Shown here piece after piece: positions 53,144 through 64,000 of a stretch of 64,000 nucleotides of DNA. The number at the start of each line of letters is the position of its first letter. Position 1 is the stretch's first letter. Made by a program: the position numbers and the translations under genes. Origin of the DNA: Dendrobates tinctorius (Eukaryota); assembly GCF_039654945.1 (NCBI RefSeq), contig NW_027361700.1, forward strand, positions 27,032,001-27,096,000. The letters run 5' to 3'. Below the pieces are notes generated by a model. That model saw nothing but the letters and a program-made list of their open reading frames with translations, did not search any database and had not been told where the DNA came from.

Positions 53144-54666
53144 GATCAGATTTGAAAGGGTGTGTCATTCTTGAATATTAATGTTTTCTCCTTCAAACAG
53201 AAGAGTTTCTTGCCAAGTTATTGCAACTGCCTATAACTTGGATCAATTATCATGATTTATCGACTTGCGTCACTCTAGCCGCTAGTCTTTCCACCCTTTG
53301 GTTGATTTTCAGGAAAGTTCAATTTGAGGGTGGAGTGCATGGAATTAATGCATCAGGCACCTATAGAGAAAAAAATTTTCATATACGAATAGTTCATAAC
53401 AATCATTTTTATAAAGGGATAAAGATTAAATGAGAGAAGGATTTTTTTAGTAAGGCATTTCTAATACACATACACAGGGGCGGGCTGGGGGGGAGAGGGG
53501 CAAATGTCCCTTGGGCCGGTCCCCCCCCCCACAGTATTTGCGGGCCTCCCCTCCGTCTGCTGCCTAGAAAACAGCTCTGGCACTTTAATTTTGTACTAGC
53601 CTGGGGGACTGTATTGCCGACATGCCCATATTGTACGCTGTATGAGTGTGTCTCCTGATCTCACCACCAGCACTTAGGCCTGCTGCATCTTCAACTGAGA
53701 CAAGACTGAGAGAAGAGGTCAGCAGAGGGCTAGGGCAGGAGGTCAGGGACAGGATCGGTCCCGAGTGTTGTGTCATACACAATAATCATAGACTGACTGC
53801 TCCTGAGCCTGGCTCCAGGATATCATTCATTATATATATCATATATAGTGCTATATATTCCATTACAGGCCCAGGTGTAATCAGTAAGGGCGTTTTCAAA
53901 CTGCGTTCTGGCACTCATTCGTCGCTCCCGTCAGGACTTAAATCTGAACCCCCCAGAAAACACGATTTGGGCATATGCGCCGATGGGGCCTTTAGTAGTA
54001 TAGATTGAATATATAGACTATAATACTGCTGACAGAGCGAACGTGTGCTCTGGCAAGTGTCATTTTGGGTGTGCCGCTGTTGTTCAATGCACAGACAAAA
54101 ATATCCACAATAAACACTTACGGTAGCTCCTTCCTCTCATCTGCCTTGATATGTTGTCTTCTGAAGCCAGCAGTTGACTTCAGCGTTGAAGCGACCAGGC
54201 GCATGATGCCACTATCACAAGCCAAGTCACATGTATGTCCACATCAGCTGCTGGCCAGCAGCGTGTATTGCGGCGCACGGACCTGACAAGTTTGTGTGCT
54301 GCAACACACTTCAGCTGGATGTGCATCCAAGGACGAACATCCAGCTGAAGTAGGGGCTAGTGTCTCCGGGCTCCTCATCCATTGGCCCCGGTTCACTGAT
54401 GCGGAACTGTGCTAGTGCTGAGGTGATGCATGCATGCCACAGGTTCACCACCACTGGTATATAATATACCAGTCACATATTCTCCTATACAGTACACTGT
54501 ATGTAATATATTATGTGCACAGACATAAGATGTTATATAGGATACAGGATAGGTCACCAATATATCATATAGCAGTCACATATTTTCCTGTCGCCTTATT
54601 TCTGAATGTAACCAGGTCTACTACACAGAAACAATATAACTGTATGTTACTTATATTCTGTATTAA

Positions 54667-57600
54667 CCCCTTTCTGACATCCGACGTACTATCCCGTCCA
54701 TGGAACCCGGGCCCCTATGCCCATGGACGGGATAGTACGTCTACCGCGATCAGCGGCGCCCACGTGGTGAGCGCCGCTGATCGCGGCCGGGTGTCAGCTG
54801 ATTATCACAGCTGACACCCGGCACAACCCAACACGTTAACCCCTTGCACACTGCGATCAAACATGATCGCGGTGTAGTGGGGGTTAAAGGGAAGCATCGG
54901 CAGGAAGGGGGCTCCCTCCGTGCTTCCCTGATCCCCCCACGGCAGCGCAATGTGCAGCGCTGCTGCGGGGGGCTCCTTTCCTGCAGGCCCCCGAATCCAA
55001 GATGGCGACGTGGGCCTTCGGGGGCCTGCAGGAAGCTGGCTTCCTCAGTGCCTGCAAAGCGCAGGCATGAGGAAGCCTTCTGCACTGCCTGTGACAGATT
55101 GCTGATCTGTCACAGTGATCTGTGATGAGACAGATCAGCGATCTGTCACAGGACAGTGATGTCCCACCTGGGACTATGTAATAAAGTTAAAAAAAAATAA
55201 AAAAATCGCCAAATAAATTAGAAAAAAAAAAAAAATATTCCCCCAAATAAATCAATTTTTTGGAAATAAAAAAAAAAACAATAAAAGTACACATATTAGG
55301 TATCGCCGCGTCCGTAACGACCCTCCCTATAAAACTGTCCCATTAGTTAACCCCTTTAGCAAACCCCTTAAAAAATAAAAATAAAAAACGAAGCAAAAAA
55401 TAATGATTTATTATCATACCGCCAAACAAAAAGTGTAATAATGCGCGATCAAAAAGACGCATATAAATATTCATGGTACCGCTGAAAACGTCATCTTGTC
55501 CCGCAAAAAACGAGCTGCCACACAGCATCATCAGCGAAAAAATAAAAAAGTTATAGCTCGCAGAATAAAGTGATGCAAAAATAATTCTTTTTTATATAAA
55601 ATAGTTTTCATTGCATAAAACCGACAAAACATAAAAAAACGACCTAAATGAGGTATCGCTGTAACCGTACTGACCCGAAGAATAAAACTGCTTTATCAAT
55701 TTTATCGCACGCGGAACGGTGTAAACGCACCCCCCCAAAAGAAATTCATGAAACGCTGGTTTTTGTTCATTCTGCGTCCCAAAAATCGGAATAAAAAGCG
55801 ATCAAAAAATGTCACGTGCCCGAAAATGGTACCAATAAAAACGTCAACTCGTCCCGCAAAAAATAAGACCTCACATGACTCGGTGGGTCAAAATTCAGAA
55901 AAATTATAGCTCTCAATATGTGGTGATGCAAAAACTATTTTTACAATAAAAAGCGTATTTTAGCGTGCGACAGCTGCCAAATATAAAAACCGCCATAAAT
56001 AGTAAATCAAACCCACCGTTATCACCCCCTTAGTTAGGGAAAAGTAATAAAATAAAAAAAATGTATTTANNNNNNNNNNNNNNNNNNNNNNNNNNNNNNN
56101 NNNNNNNNNNNNNNNNNNNNNNNNNNNNNNNNNNNNNNNNNNNNNNNNNNNNNNNNNNNNNNNNNNNNNNNNNNNNNNNNNNNNNNNNNNNNNNNNNNNN
56201 NNNNNNNNNNNNNNNNNNNGGTTAGGGGTGTGTTGGGGTTCAGGTTGGAGTTAGAATTGGGGGTTTCCACTGTTTGGGCACATCAGGGGCTCTCCAAATG
56301 CAACATGGCGTCTGATCTCAATTCCAGCCAATTCTGAGTTGAAAAAGTCAAATGGTGCTCCTTCCCTTCCAAGCTCTGCCATGCGCCCAAACAGTGTTTT
56401 ACCCCCACATGTAGGGTATCAGCCTACTCAGGTCAAATTGCAAAACAATTTTTGGGGTCCAATTTCTCCTATTACCCTTAGGAAAATAAAAAATTGGGGG
56501 CAAAAATATCATTTTTGTGGAAAAAAATGATTTTTTTTATTTTCACGTCCGAGCGTTATAAACTTCTGTGAAGCACTTGGGGGTTCAAAGTGCTCACCAC
56601 ACATCTAGATAAGTTCCGTGGGGGGTCTAGTGTCCAAAATGGGGTCACTTGTGGGGAGTTTCAATAGTTTAGGTACATCAGGGGCTCTCCAAATGCACAT
56701 GACACCCGCAGACCATTCCATCAAAGTCTGTATTCCAAAACGTCACTACTTCCCTTCCGAGCCCTGACGTGTGTCCATGCAATAGTTTTCTCCCACATAT
56801 GGGGTGTCAGCGTACTCAGGACAAATTGGACAACAACTTTTGGGGTTCAATTTCTCCTGTTACCCTTGGGAAAATAAAAAAATTGGGGACTAATTGATCA
56901 TGTTTGTGGAAAAAATACGATTTTTTTATTTTCATGCCCTGGCATTATAAACTTCTGTGAAGCCTTTGGGGGTTCAAAGTGCTCACCACACATCTATATA
57001 AGTTCCTTAGGGGGTCTAGATTTCAAAATGGGGTCATTTGTGGGGGGTTTCCACTGTTTAGGTACATCAGGGGTTTTCCAATCGCGACATGGTGTCCGAT
57101 CTCAATTCCAGCCAAAAACGTCAAATGGTGCTGCTTCCCTTCCGAGCTCAGCCATGCGCCCAATTAGTGGTTTACCCCCACATGTGGGGTATCAGCGTAC
57201 TCAGGACAAATTGCACACTAACTTTTAGGGTCCTGTTACCCTTGGAAAAATAAGAATTGCGGGTGAAAAGATCATTTTTGTGGAAAAAATATGATTTTTT
57301 AATTGTACGTCTGTATGTTATAAACTTCTGTGAAGCCCTTGGGGGTTCAAAGTTCTCACCACACATCTAGATAAGTTCCTTAGGGGGTCTAGTTTCCAAA
57401 ATGGTGTCATTTGTGGGGGGTTTCCACTGTTTAGGTACATCAGGGGTTTTCCAATCGCGACATGGTGTCCGATCTCAATTCCAGCCAAAAAGTCAAATGG
57501 CGCTGCTTCCCTTCCGAGCTCTGCCATGCGCCCAAATAGTGGTTTACCCCAACATGTGGGGTATCAGCGTACTCAGGACAAATTGCACAATAACTTTTAG

Positions 57601-59033
57601 GGTCCTGTTAACATTGGAAAAATAAGAATTGAGGATGAAAAGACCATTTTTGTGGAAAAAATATGATTTTTTAATTGTACGGTTGTATGTTATAAACTTC
57701 TGTGAAGCCCTTGGGGGTTCAAAGTTCTCACCACACATCTAGATAAGTTCCTTAGGGGGTCTAGTTTCCAAAATGGTGTCATTTGTAGGGGGTTTCCACT
57801 GTTTAGGTACATCAGGGACTCTCCAAACGTGACATGGCATCCGATCTGAATTCCAGCCAAAAACGTCAAATGGCGCTGCTTCCCTTCCGAGCTCTGCCAT
57901 GCGCCCAAATAGTGGTTTACCCCCACATGTGGGGTATCAGCGTACTCAGGACAAATTGCACAATAACTTTTAGGGTCCTGTTACCCTTGGGAAAATAAAA
58001 ATTGGGGTGAAAAGATCATTTTTGTGGAAAAAAATATGATTTTTTAATTGTACGGCTGTACGTTATAAACTTCTGTAAAGCCCTTGTGGGTTCAAAGTTC
58101 TCACCACATATCTAGATAAGTTCCTGGGGGGTCTAGTTTCCAAAATGGGGTCACTTGTAGGGGGTTTCCACTGTTTAGGTACATCAGGGACTCTCCAAAC
58201 GTGACATGGCGTCCGATCTGAATTCCAGCCAATTTTGCATTGAAAAAGTCAAACGGCTCTCCTTCCATTCTGAGCTCTGCCATGCGCCGAAACAGTTGTT
58301 CCCCCCCACATATAAGGTATCAGCGTACTCAGGACAAATTGTACAATAACTTTTGCAGTCCAATTTCTCCTGTTACCCTTGGTAAAATAAAAAAATTGAA
58401 CCTGAAGTATTTTTTTTGTGAAAAAAAGTTAGATGTTCATTTTTTTTTAAATATTCAAAAAAATTCCTGTGACGCACCTAAAGGGTTAATAAACTTCTTG
58501 AATATGGTTTTGAGCACCTTAAGGGGTGCAGTTTTTAGAATGGTGTCATTTTTGGGTATTTTCTATCATATAGACCCCTCAAAGTGGCTTCAAATGTGAT
58601 GTGGTCCTAAAAATAAAATGGTGTTGTAAAAATGAGAAATCACTGGTCAACTTTTAACCCTTATAACTTCCTAACAAAAAAAATTTTGGTTCCAAAATTG
58701 TGCTGATGTAAAGTAAACATGTGGGAAATGTTAGTTATCAAGTTTTTTGTGTGCCGTATCTCTGTGATTTAAGGGCATAAAAATTCAAAGTTGGACAATT
58801 GCAAAATTTTCAAAATTTTCGCCAAATTTCCGTTTTTCTCACAAATAAACGCAAGTTATTTGAATGAAATTTTACCACTATTATGAAGTACAATATGTCA
58901 TGAGAAAACAATGTCAGAATCACCGTGATCCATGGAAGCGTTCCAGAGTTATGACCTCATAAAGGTACAGTGGTCAGAATTGTAAAAATTGGCCCGGTCA
59001 TGAACGTGCAAACCACCCTTGGGGGTGAAGGGG
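54667..59033. mobile_element. Large non-autonomous TTAA-specific (piggyBac-like) element with internal ~372-bp tandem repeats
   Basis: TTAA|CCCCTT ... AAGGGG|TTAA; TTATAAACTTCTGT at ~56555, 56945, 57317, 57689, 58062. Confidence 0.8.
56070..56219. other. Assembly gap (150 N)
   Basis: Run of N. Confidence 1.
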
Positions 59034-59536
59034 TTAAAGAAGTCTCCAATTAACTCCCCCCCACTCCAACGCAATTCTGTTCTGTGATGTCATAACTTTT
59101 CAGACTCTATGGCTCACTTTATTCTTTATGTGACGTGGAAGTCTCTTTTATAATGTAAGTATATTGGACCCTTGTTATGAGACTCATTCTTACGGCTCAA
59201 TAGTCTTATATTGTAAAAGTCACTTCCAGGTCACGAGGAGAGGAGCAAAACCACACTGGTCCAAGAGAAGGTGGCAGTAGGTGAGTATATTAATCAAATA
59301 GAGATATAATGAGGTGAAAAAATAGCACAAGATAGGGTCGTATCCGATAGTAATTACTAAAAATAGTATCAATATATCTTGACCTGATCCCAAGTTGTAT
59401 GGCTGCTGCAGATGCATGGGTGATTTCACCAGAGAAATATGTTAAAAAATGGAAGGTTTTTTGGTCTGTATCCGTGCTGCCAGGTGATGAAGGAACATCA
59501 AATGCCCGAAATAAAGTGAAAATGGTATGGTTTTTG

Positions 59537-59579
59537 TTTCCTGAAGAAGAAGTGAGCTACCCTTCGAAACGCGTAGAAA
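59537..59579 (+). ncRNA. Minimal type I hammerhead ribozyme motif (Penelope-like element type)
   Basis: Stem I TTTC/GAAA; core CTGAAGA (59541-47) plus A; stem II GAAG/CTTC; GAAA (59566-69); palindromic stem III ACGCGT; cleavage triplet GTA. Confidence 0.7.
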
Positions 59580-60106
59580 AATTAAAATACTTAGTTTACA
59601 TTATTTTCGGCATTTGATGCTTCTTCATCACCTGGCAGCGTAGATACAGACCACAAACTTTACATATTTTTATAGATTAATCAAATGACATACATTACAC
59701 TAACATTTACTCAGGTTCAGGACTCACTCCCACTTGCAATGTAATTGGATGAGTGCAATTTGATAAAAAAAATTGGATTGCTCTCTGCCGAATGTTAAAC
59801 TATTGTGCAGCTCACATCTGCAATTATTTTGTCATGCTGATTCGGCATACACCTGAGAATAGGAATGCACGTACCCATATAAGTCTATGGATGCGTATGA
59901 AACGTCGCACTACACTCAGATATGACTCGAGTGCAGTTTTCCACCGACGCCGGCAATGGAGGAGATGGAGAAATTAATTTCTCCATCTCCTCCGCAACTG
60001 TGCTCTGATTCTCTTATGCGAGAAGTTTGGAGCACAGAGCACTCTCTTGCATCAGATGTGATACCCTACTGTGACTTTGGCCTTAGAGAGAAAATAGTCA
60101 ATGTAA

Positions 60107-60287
60107 GGCCGGGATCACACATGTGAGAAACTTTTTTAATACCTGGCACTGCTGCCGGCACTCAGGAGCGGAGCGTGTGGCTGCATAGAAATACATGCAG
60201 CCGCATACTCTGGTCCCGAGTGCTGGTGACAGCGGCGGGTATTAAAATGCGAAACTCATCCGAGTTTCTCGCATGTGTGATTCTGGC
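60107..60287. mobile_element. Palindromic Harbinger-like MITE
   Basis: TAA|GGCC.G.ATCACACATG.GAGAAAC ... GTTTCTCGCATGTGTGAT..GGCC|TAA. Confidence 0.8.
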
Positions 60288-60343
60288 CTAAAGTTACTTT
60301 AGGTGGACTGTTTTGTCTATTTTACAATAGAGGCAAGAATATA

Positions 60344-60735
60344 TTAAAGGAAACCTGTCACCAGTTTTGTCACATATCAACTAAAACTATCACCTTATTC
60401 AGCTGCATTCTATAAATTGTTAAATAACCTGACTGACCCTGTTTACCCCCCAAAACTTCAAGATTTCTCCCAGCAATGTGGATGATGCAAGATGTCATCC
60501 ACGTCAATTAAAGGACAGCGAGCAGCAGCTGGGGGAGGGATGGAGAGGCCTGAAGTCACGCCCATCATAACGATCCAACCTGATTACCATACAGAACGGG
60601 AGAACTTAAAAAGGTTTTTGGTGGGTATATAGGGGAAGTCAGGGGGCTGTATAAGCATTTATTGAATGCAGCACAGGCGCTGAATGTGATAGTTTTAGCT
60701 GATATATGAGAAAACTGGTGACATGTTCCCTTTAA
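60344..60735. mobile_element. TTAA-flanked T2-type MITE
   Basis: TTAAAGGAAACCTGTCACCAGTTT ... AAACTGGTGACATGTTCCCTTTAA. Confidence 0.8.
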
Positions 60736-63698
60736 TCAATTCTGAAGACAACATGCAATTTGACAACTGCAGTGTTAGTTTGTTTCCAACACGCTTTTCA
60801 GAGTTCAAATTTCTGTAGTCCCTCTGTCACTGCAGATTCCTGAATTGTGATAGAGCACTGTGCACACAGTCAGCAAAGTATGAATTTGCATAGTTCTGGT
60901 CACGTGCAAACTCGAGTCTCACACCTCTCTCATTGGCACGCTGGTAGAAGAGAATGAGAATCTAATCAGCATTCGACCACAACTATCCCATCATTATTTT
61001 GGCTTTATCTTTTTTACTCCCTTTATTAAGTAGCCATAGGTAAATCCAAAAAACATGGGCTGCTGCTCATTGGCCACTGATGTGTGCTTACCCCCTAGGC
61101 CAAAATTTGCCAGCCCCTGCATTTACATTATGAAATTAATATATTAGGGAGTTCCTGAATCTTCTAAGATTTTGAGTAATGTTGGGTCATAGGAGAGAGC
61201 AATTTCAGTAAACCTGACGCTCCAAAATACAGCCTCTGTGCTTACAGAATATGGTGTCGGAAAATCTGTATTCTTTTATCTATGCTAGATCAACCGCTAT
61301 GATGTTGTGCTCTCTGCCGTGACCCTCTTCTATTCCTTAATTTGTGTTTGCTTATAAACTAAGTCTCAAGATATAGAAGAATATGAGAGAATTGCTGATG
61401 ATACAATTTAACCCGAAGAAATGGGCCGGCATATCTGTCGGTATAAACGCAATGTGTATGTGCACGTTCACACTGTGGCCATTAACAGACAAAATCTAGG
61501 ATAAAAACAATGAGCAAATGCACTTTAGTTGGTAAAGTACGTGAATAGTAGTAACACATGTAAAATAACATAAGGTACTTGGTTGATACTATTTTGATTT
61601 AAAAAAAACATAAAATCCATCTCGCTGCGACAAGGTGTACCCAACCAGGATGGTTTTATCGCTAGTATTGCACCTCAATAGACGGCTGCAAAGCAGGATT
61701 CCCCTTTTCGGGCTTTGCAAAACAATCAGGCCTGATTTGCAGTGGGATGGCTTCTACGATTTTTTTTTTTAAGCAAAATAGTGTCAACCAGGTACCTTAT
61801 GTTACTTACAGGTGTTTTTTCTCTTAATGTCCACAGTGTGAATTTGCACCTACTAATGTAGTTGCTTTTTTTGTTTTAATTGAATGTATGAATACTGAGA
61901 AGCTTCTTTTAACTGCTTGGGAGGTCTGAACACATTCACAACAAGTTTTTTTTCTACATCACTATACCTATGTTCATTTTTTTGGCAGTATGTTAGCACT
62001 TTTTTAGGTGGCATCCACCTGAAAGAAACGTTGAATGCATGTACCTTTCTATGGGAACCATTCAAATAAATGGCAGTCCATGTTATATATAGACAGATCA
62101 GGTCAGTCAGAGTTAGAGCGCCCACTATGACATTAATGTGCCCTAAAACGAGTCCTATTAGGACATATAAGACAGTCCGTTAAAACTAGCATAAACTGTG
62201 GCGTGTCACTTTTTTTAAATTTGTATAAGGATATTACTTCTAGGGGTTAATCCCATTCTTTAGTCTTGCAACCAATGTTTGTCTGGAACTGTGCTTTTCT
62301 CTAAGAAAGTACCAAAAAAATATTAAAATTCTAGCAAAGAGCTCATAACCTGTAAAACTGTAACTGAGTTCTTATCGCTTGTATTTGTCCTTTGTCTTTG
62401 CACCCTGTCGGTCTGCTTCAACTACAGGCTTTAGATGTCTCCCAAATACCAAATGTAGAGATGGGTGTTCTCAAAAGTCTTAGGATGAGGTGTGGCATAA
62501 TGGACTTGGGAAGTGTCTATTTTCAGATAAAGGCAGGGCATAACAGAAATGGGCAGTGCTTCTGTAGAAAAGCCTAAAATATATACAACCGTCTTAGATA
62601 GGTGATGCTTTACCCAGGGGAAAGATTTAATTTGCTACCTTAGCCCTGTGTTTAAATGCCCTGGCCAAGGTTGAGGGTTTTGTTGGTGCCCTACCTGGGA
62701 CATGCCCCTTCATCTCTACCCAGCTATGGCCATGTATGAACATTGTGGCCTGACCTTATTGGATGTTGTGTAGGATACATGCCCAGCCTTCTTCTGGATA
62801 GGCAGCCACACCCTGACAAAGTCTCCAGACTTATTTTTTGAATAAGTGGAAAATACTTTAAATTACCAATGGTGTAAAGATTGAACAGGGACTCTTAGCT
62901 CATAGCTCATCAGAAACCTTATCTTACATTTAGTTTTGATATGATGATATAAAATCTAATTATCGCAATGACACATTTTATGAATATTTATCTAGTGTTC
63001 TTGGCAAAAAGTGAGCCTTTAGCTTCCAACAAGTAGAAAAGCTCCTTGTGCCCCGGGGAGACACTTGTGGTGGGCGTGTGTGAGAGCTTTGGAAACATTA
63101 AAGACTTTTAATATTATAGGAGTGAGTGATTTGGGCTTTAGATTTACAGATGTATTATTGTAAATTGCTTGTAATGTCTTCCAGAATATTTTTGGGATTT
63201 TTAAGACCTAGTCATGCCACCACCACCAGGTGGCAGATGTTTGCCTGACATGAGCGCCAGCCTGGTAAACCTTTTGACTTGGTTCTGAGCATTACTGCAC
63301 TTGTATTACTCTCAGAATGAGTGACGAAAATCACACCTGGTATAACTTGCATCAAAGAAGTATTTATTTTCTATAGTGTAAAAAGCAAAAGAAAATATAT
63401 TGAACATGTAGAAAATATTGGACAGAAAAAGACTACTAGCATTATGGCAGTGAGAGGATTACATAAAAGAATAGTTAGCGGTGTAAAGGAAGCACCGGAT
63501 ATAAAATGGTGTTCCCATCCGATGTGTGACACTATATAACAATATTGATTGATCTCACTTATGTTCTTCTCAGTCTACCACCATCCAATATGTAAAAGAA
63601 GAAGTAGAGAATGCTAAAAACAAAAGATTTCCAAATGAACCAGGCAGGTTTCCATTTTGCTTGAGAAGGCATCGTCCTTTTCGGCATTGGTGGTTATT

Positions 63699-63796
63699 TT
63701 AGAAGTCCTCATAATTTTCCACAACTTCTGTTCTCACAACTTTTCCATTCTCTATGATGTCAATAACTTTCTTTACTTTCCTTTGTCTCTTTACTC
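63699..63796 (-). CDS. Last exon (exon 8) of a fourth type I keratin, close paralog of keratin C; rest lies beyond the window
   Basis: AG acceptor at 63798-97; 98-nt coding part VKRQRKVKKVIDIIENGKVVRTEVVENYEDF*; 3'UTR block GGCAGGTTTCCATTTTGCTTGAG shared with keratin C; AATAAA at 63363-63368. Confidence 0.85.
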
Positions 63797-64000
63797 CTAA
63801 AAGAAAATCAAAGGTGAGGTCACTTAGGATTCTTATGAAAGCCAAAGAAACGTGATTTAGCCACTTATTGTCTCAGCCTAGAGTCCATGTTTCTAAAACA
63901 TTGGTTGCAATTTCTAGTCAATATTGAGTTCAGACCTAGATGATGACAGTGATTGTTCTGAATTGTTCCAAACTCTAGACATTGTCTCCACACATACGAT

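Noticed and set aside
53475-61119. Possible 7.6-kb composite hAT element (CAGGGGC...GCCCCTG, flanks CACATACA / CATTTACA)
   Set aside because: Only ~7 bp of TIR match and 6 of 8 TSD match; the ends more likely belong to different MITE families

Overview
Vertebrate genomic DNA, most likely a frog (inferred from the keratin sequences and MITE landscape, not verified), covering part of a type I keratin cluster on the minus strand. It holds three full 8-exon keratin genes and the last exon of a fourth. Keratin A (450 aa) is intact. Keratin B (689 aa) is intact with a greatly expanded Gly/Ser head and tail. Keratin C has an intact rod but a frameshift-truncated tail and a decayed last exon. The intergenic DNA is dense in transposons. 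The most unusual is a 9.8-kb hAT element (3010-12827, 8-bp TSD) with a disrupted BED-finger transposase, a 128-bp satellite with higher-order periodicity, a 130-bp repeat, a 3' hairpin and a captured, degenerate antisense 18S rRNA fragment. Also present are a DD37E (TRT-type) Tc1 element split by a full-length chromodomain Gypsy element with a self-priming PBS, two non-autonomous TTAA elements, a Penelope-type minimal hammerhead ribozyme, a 1.65-kb inverted repeat, many MITEs and one 150-N gap. No CRISPR arrays or tRNA genes were seen. All coordinates were read by eye.
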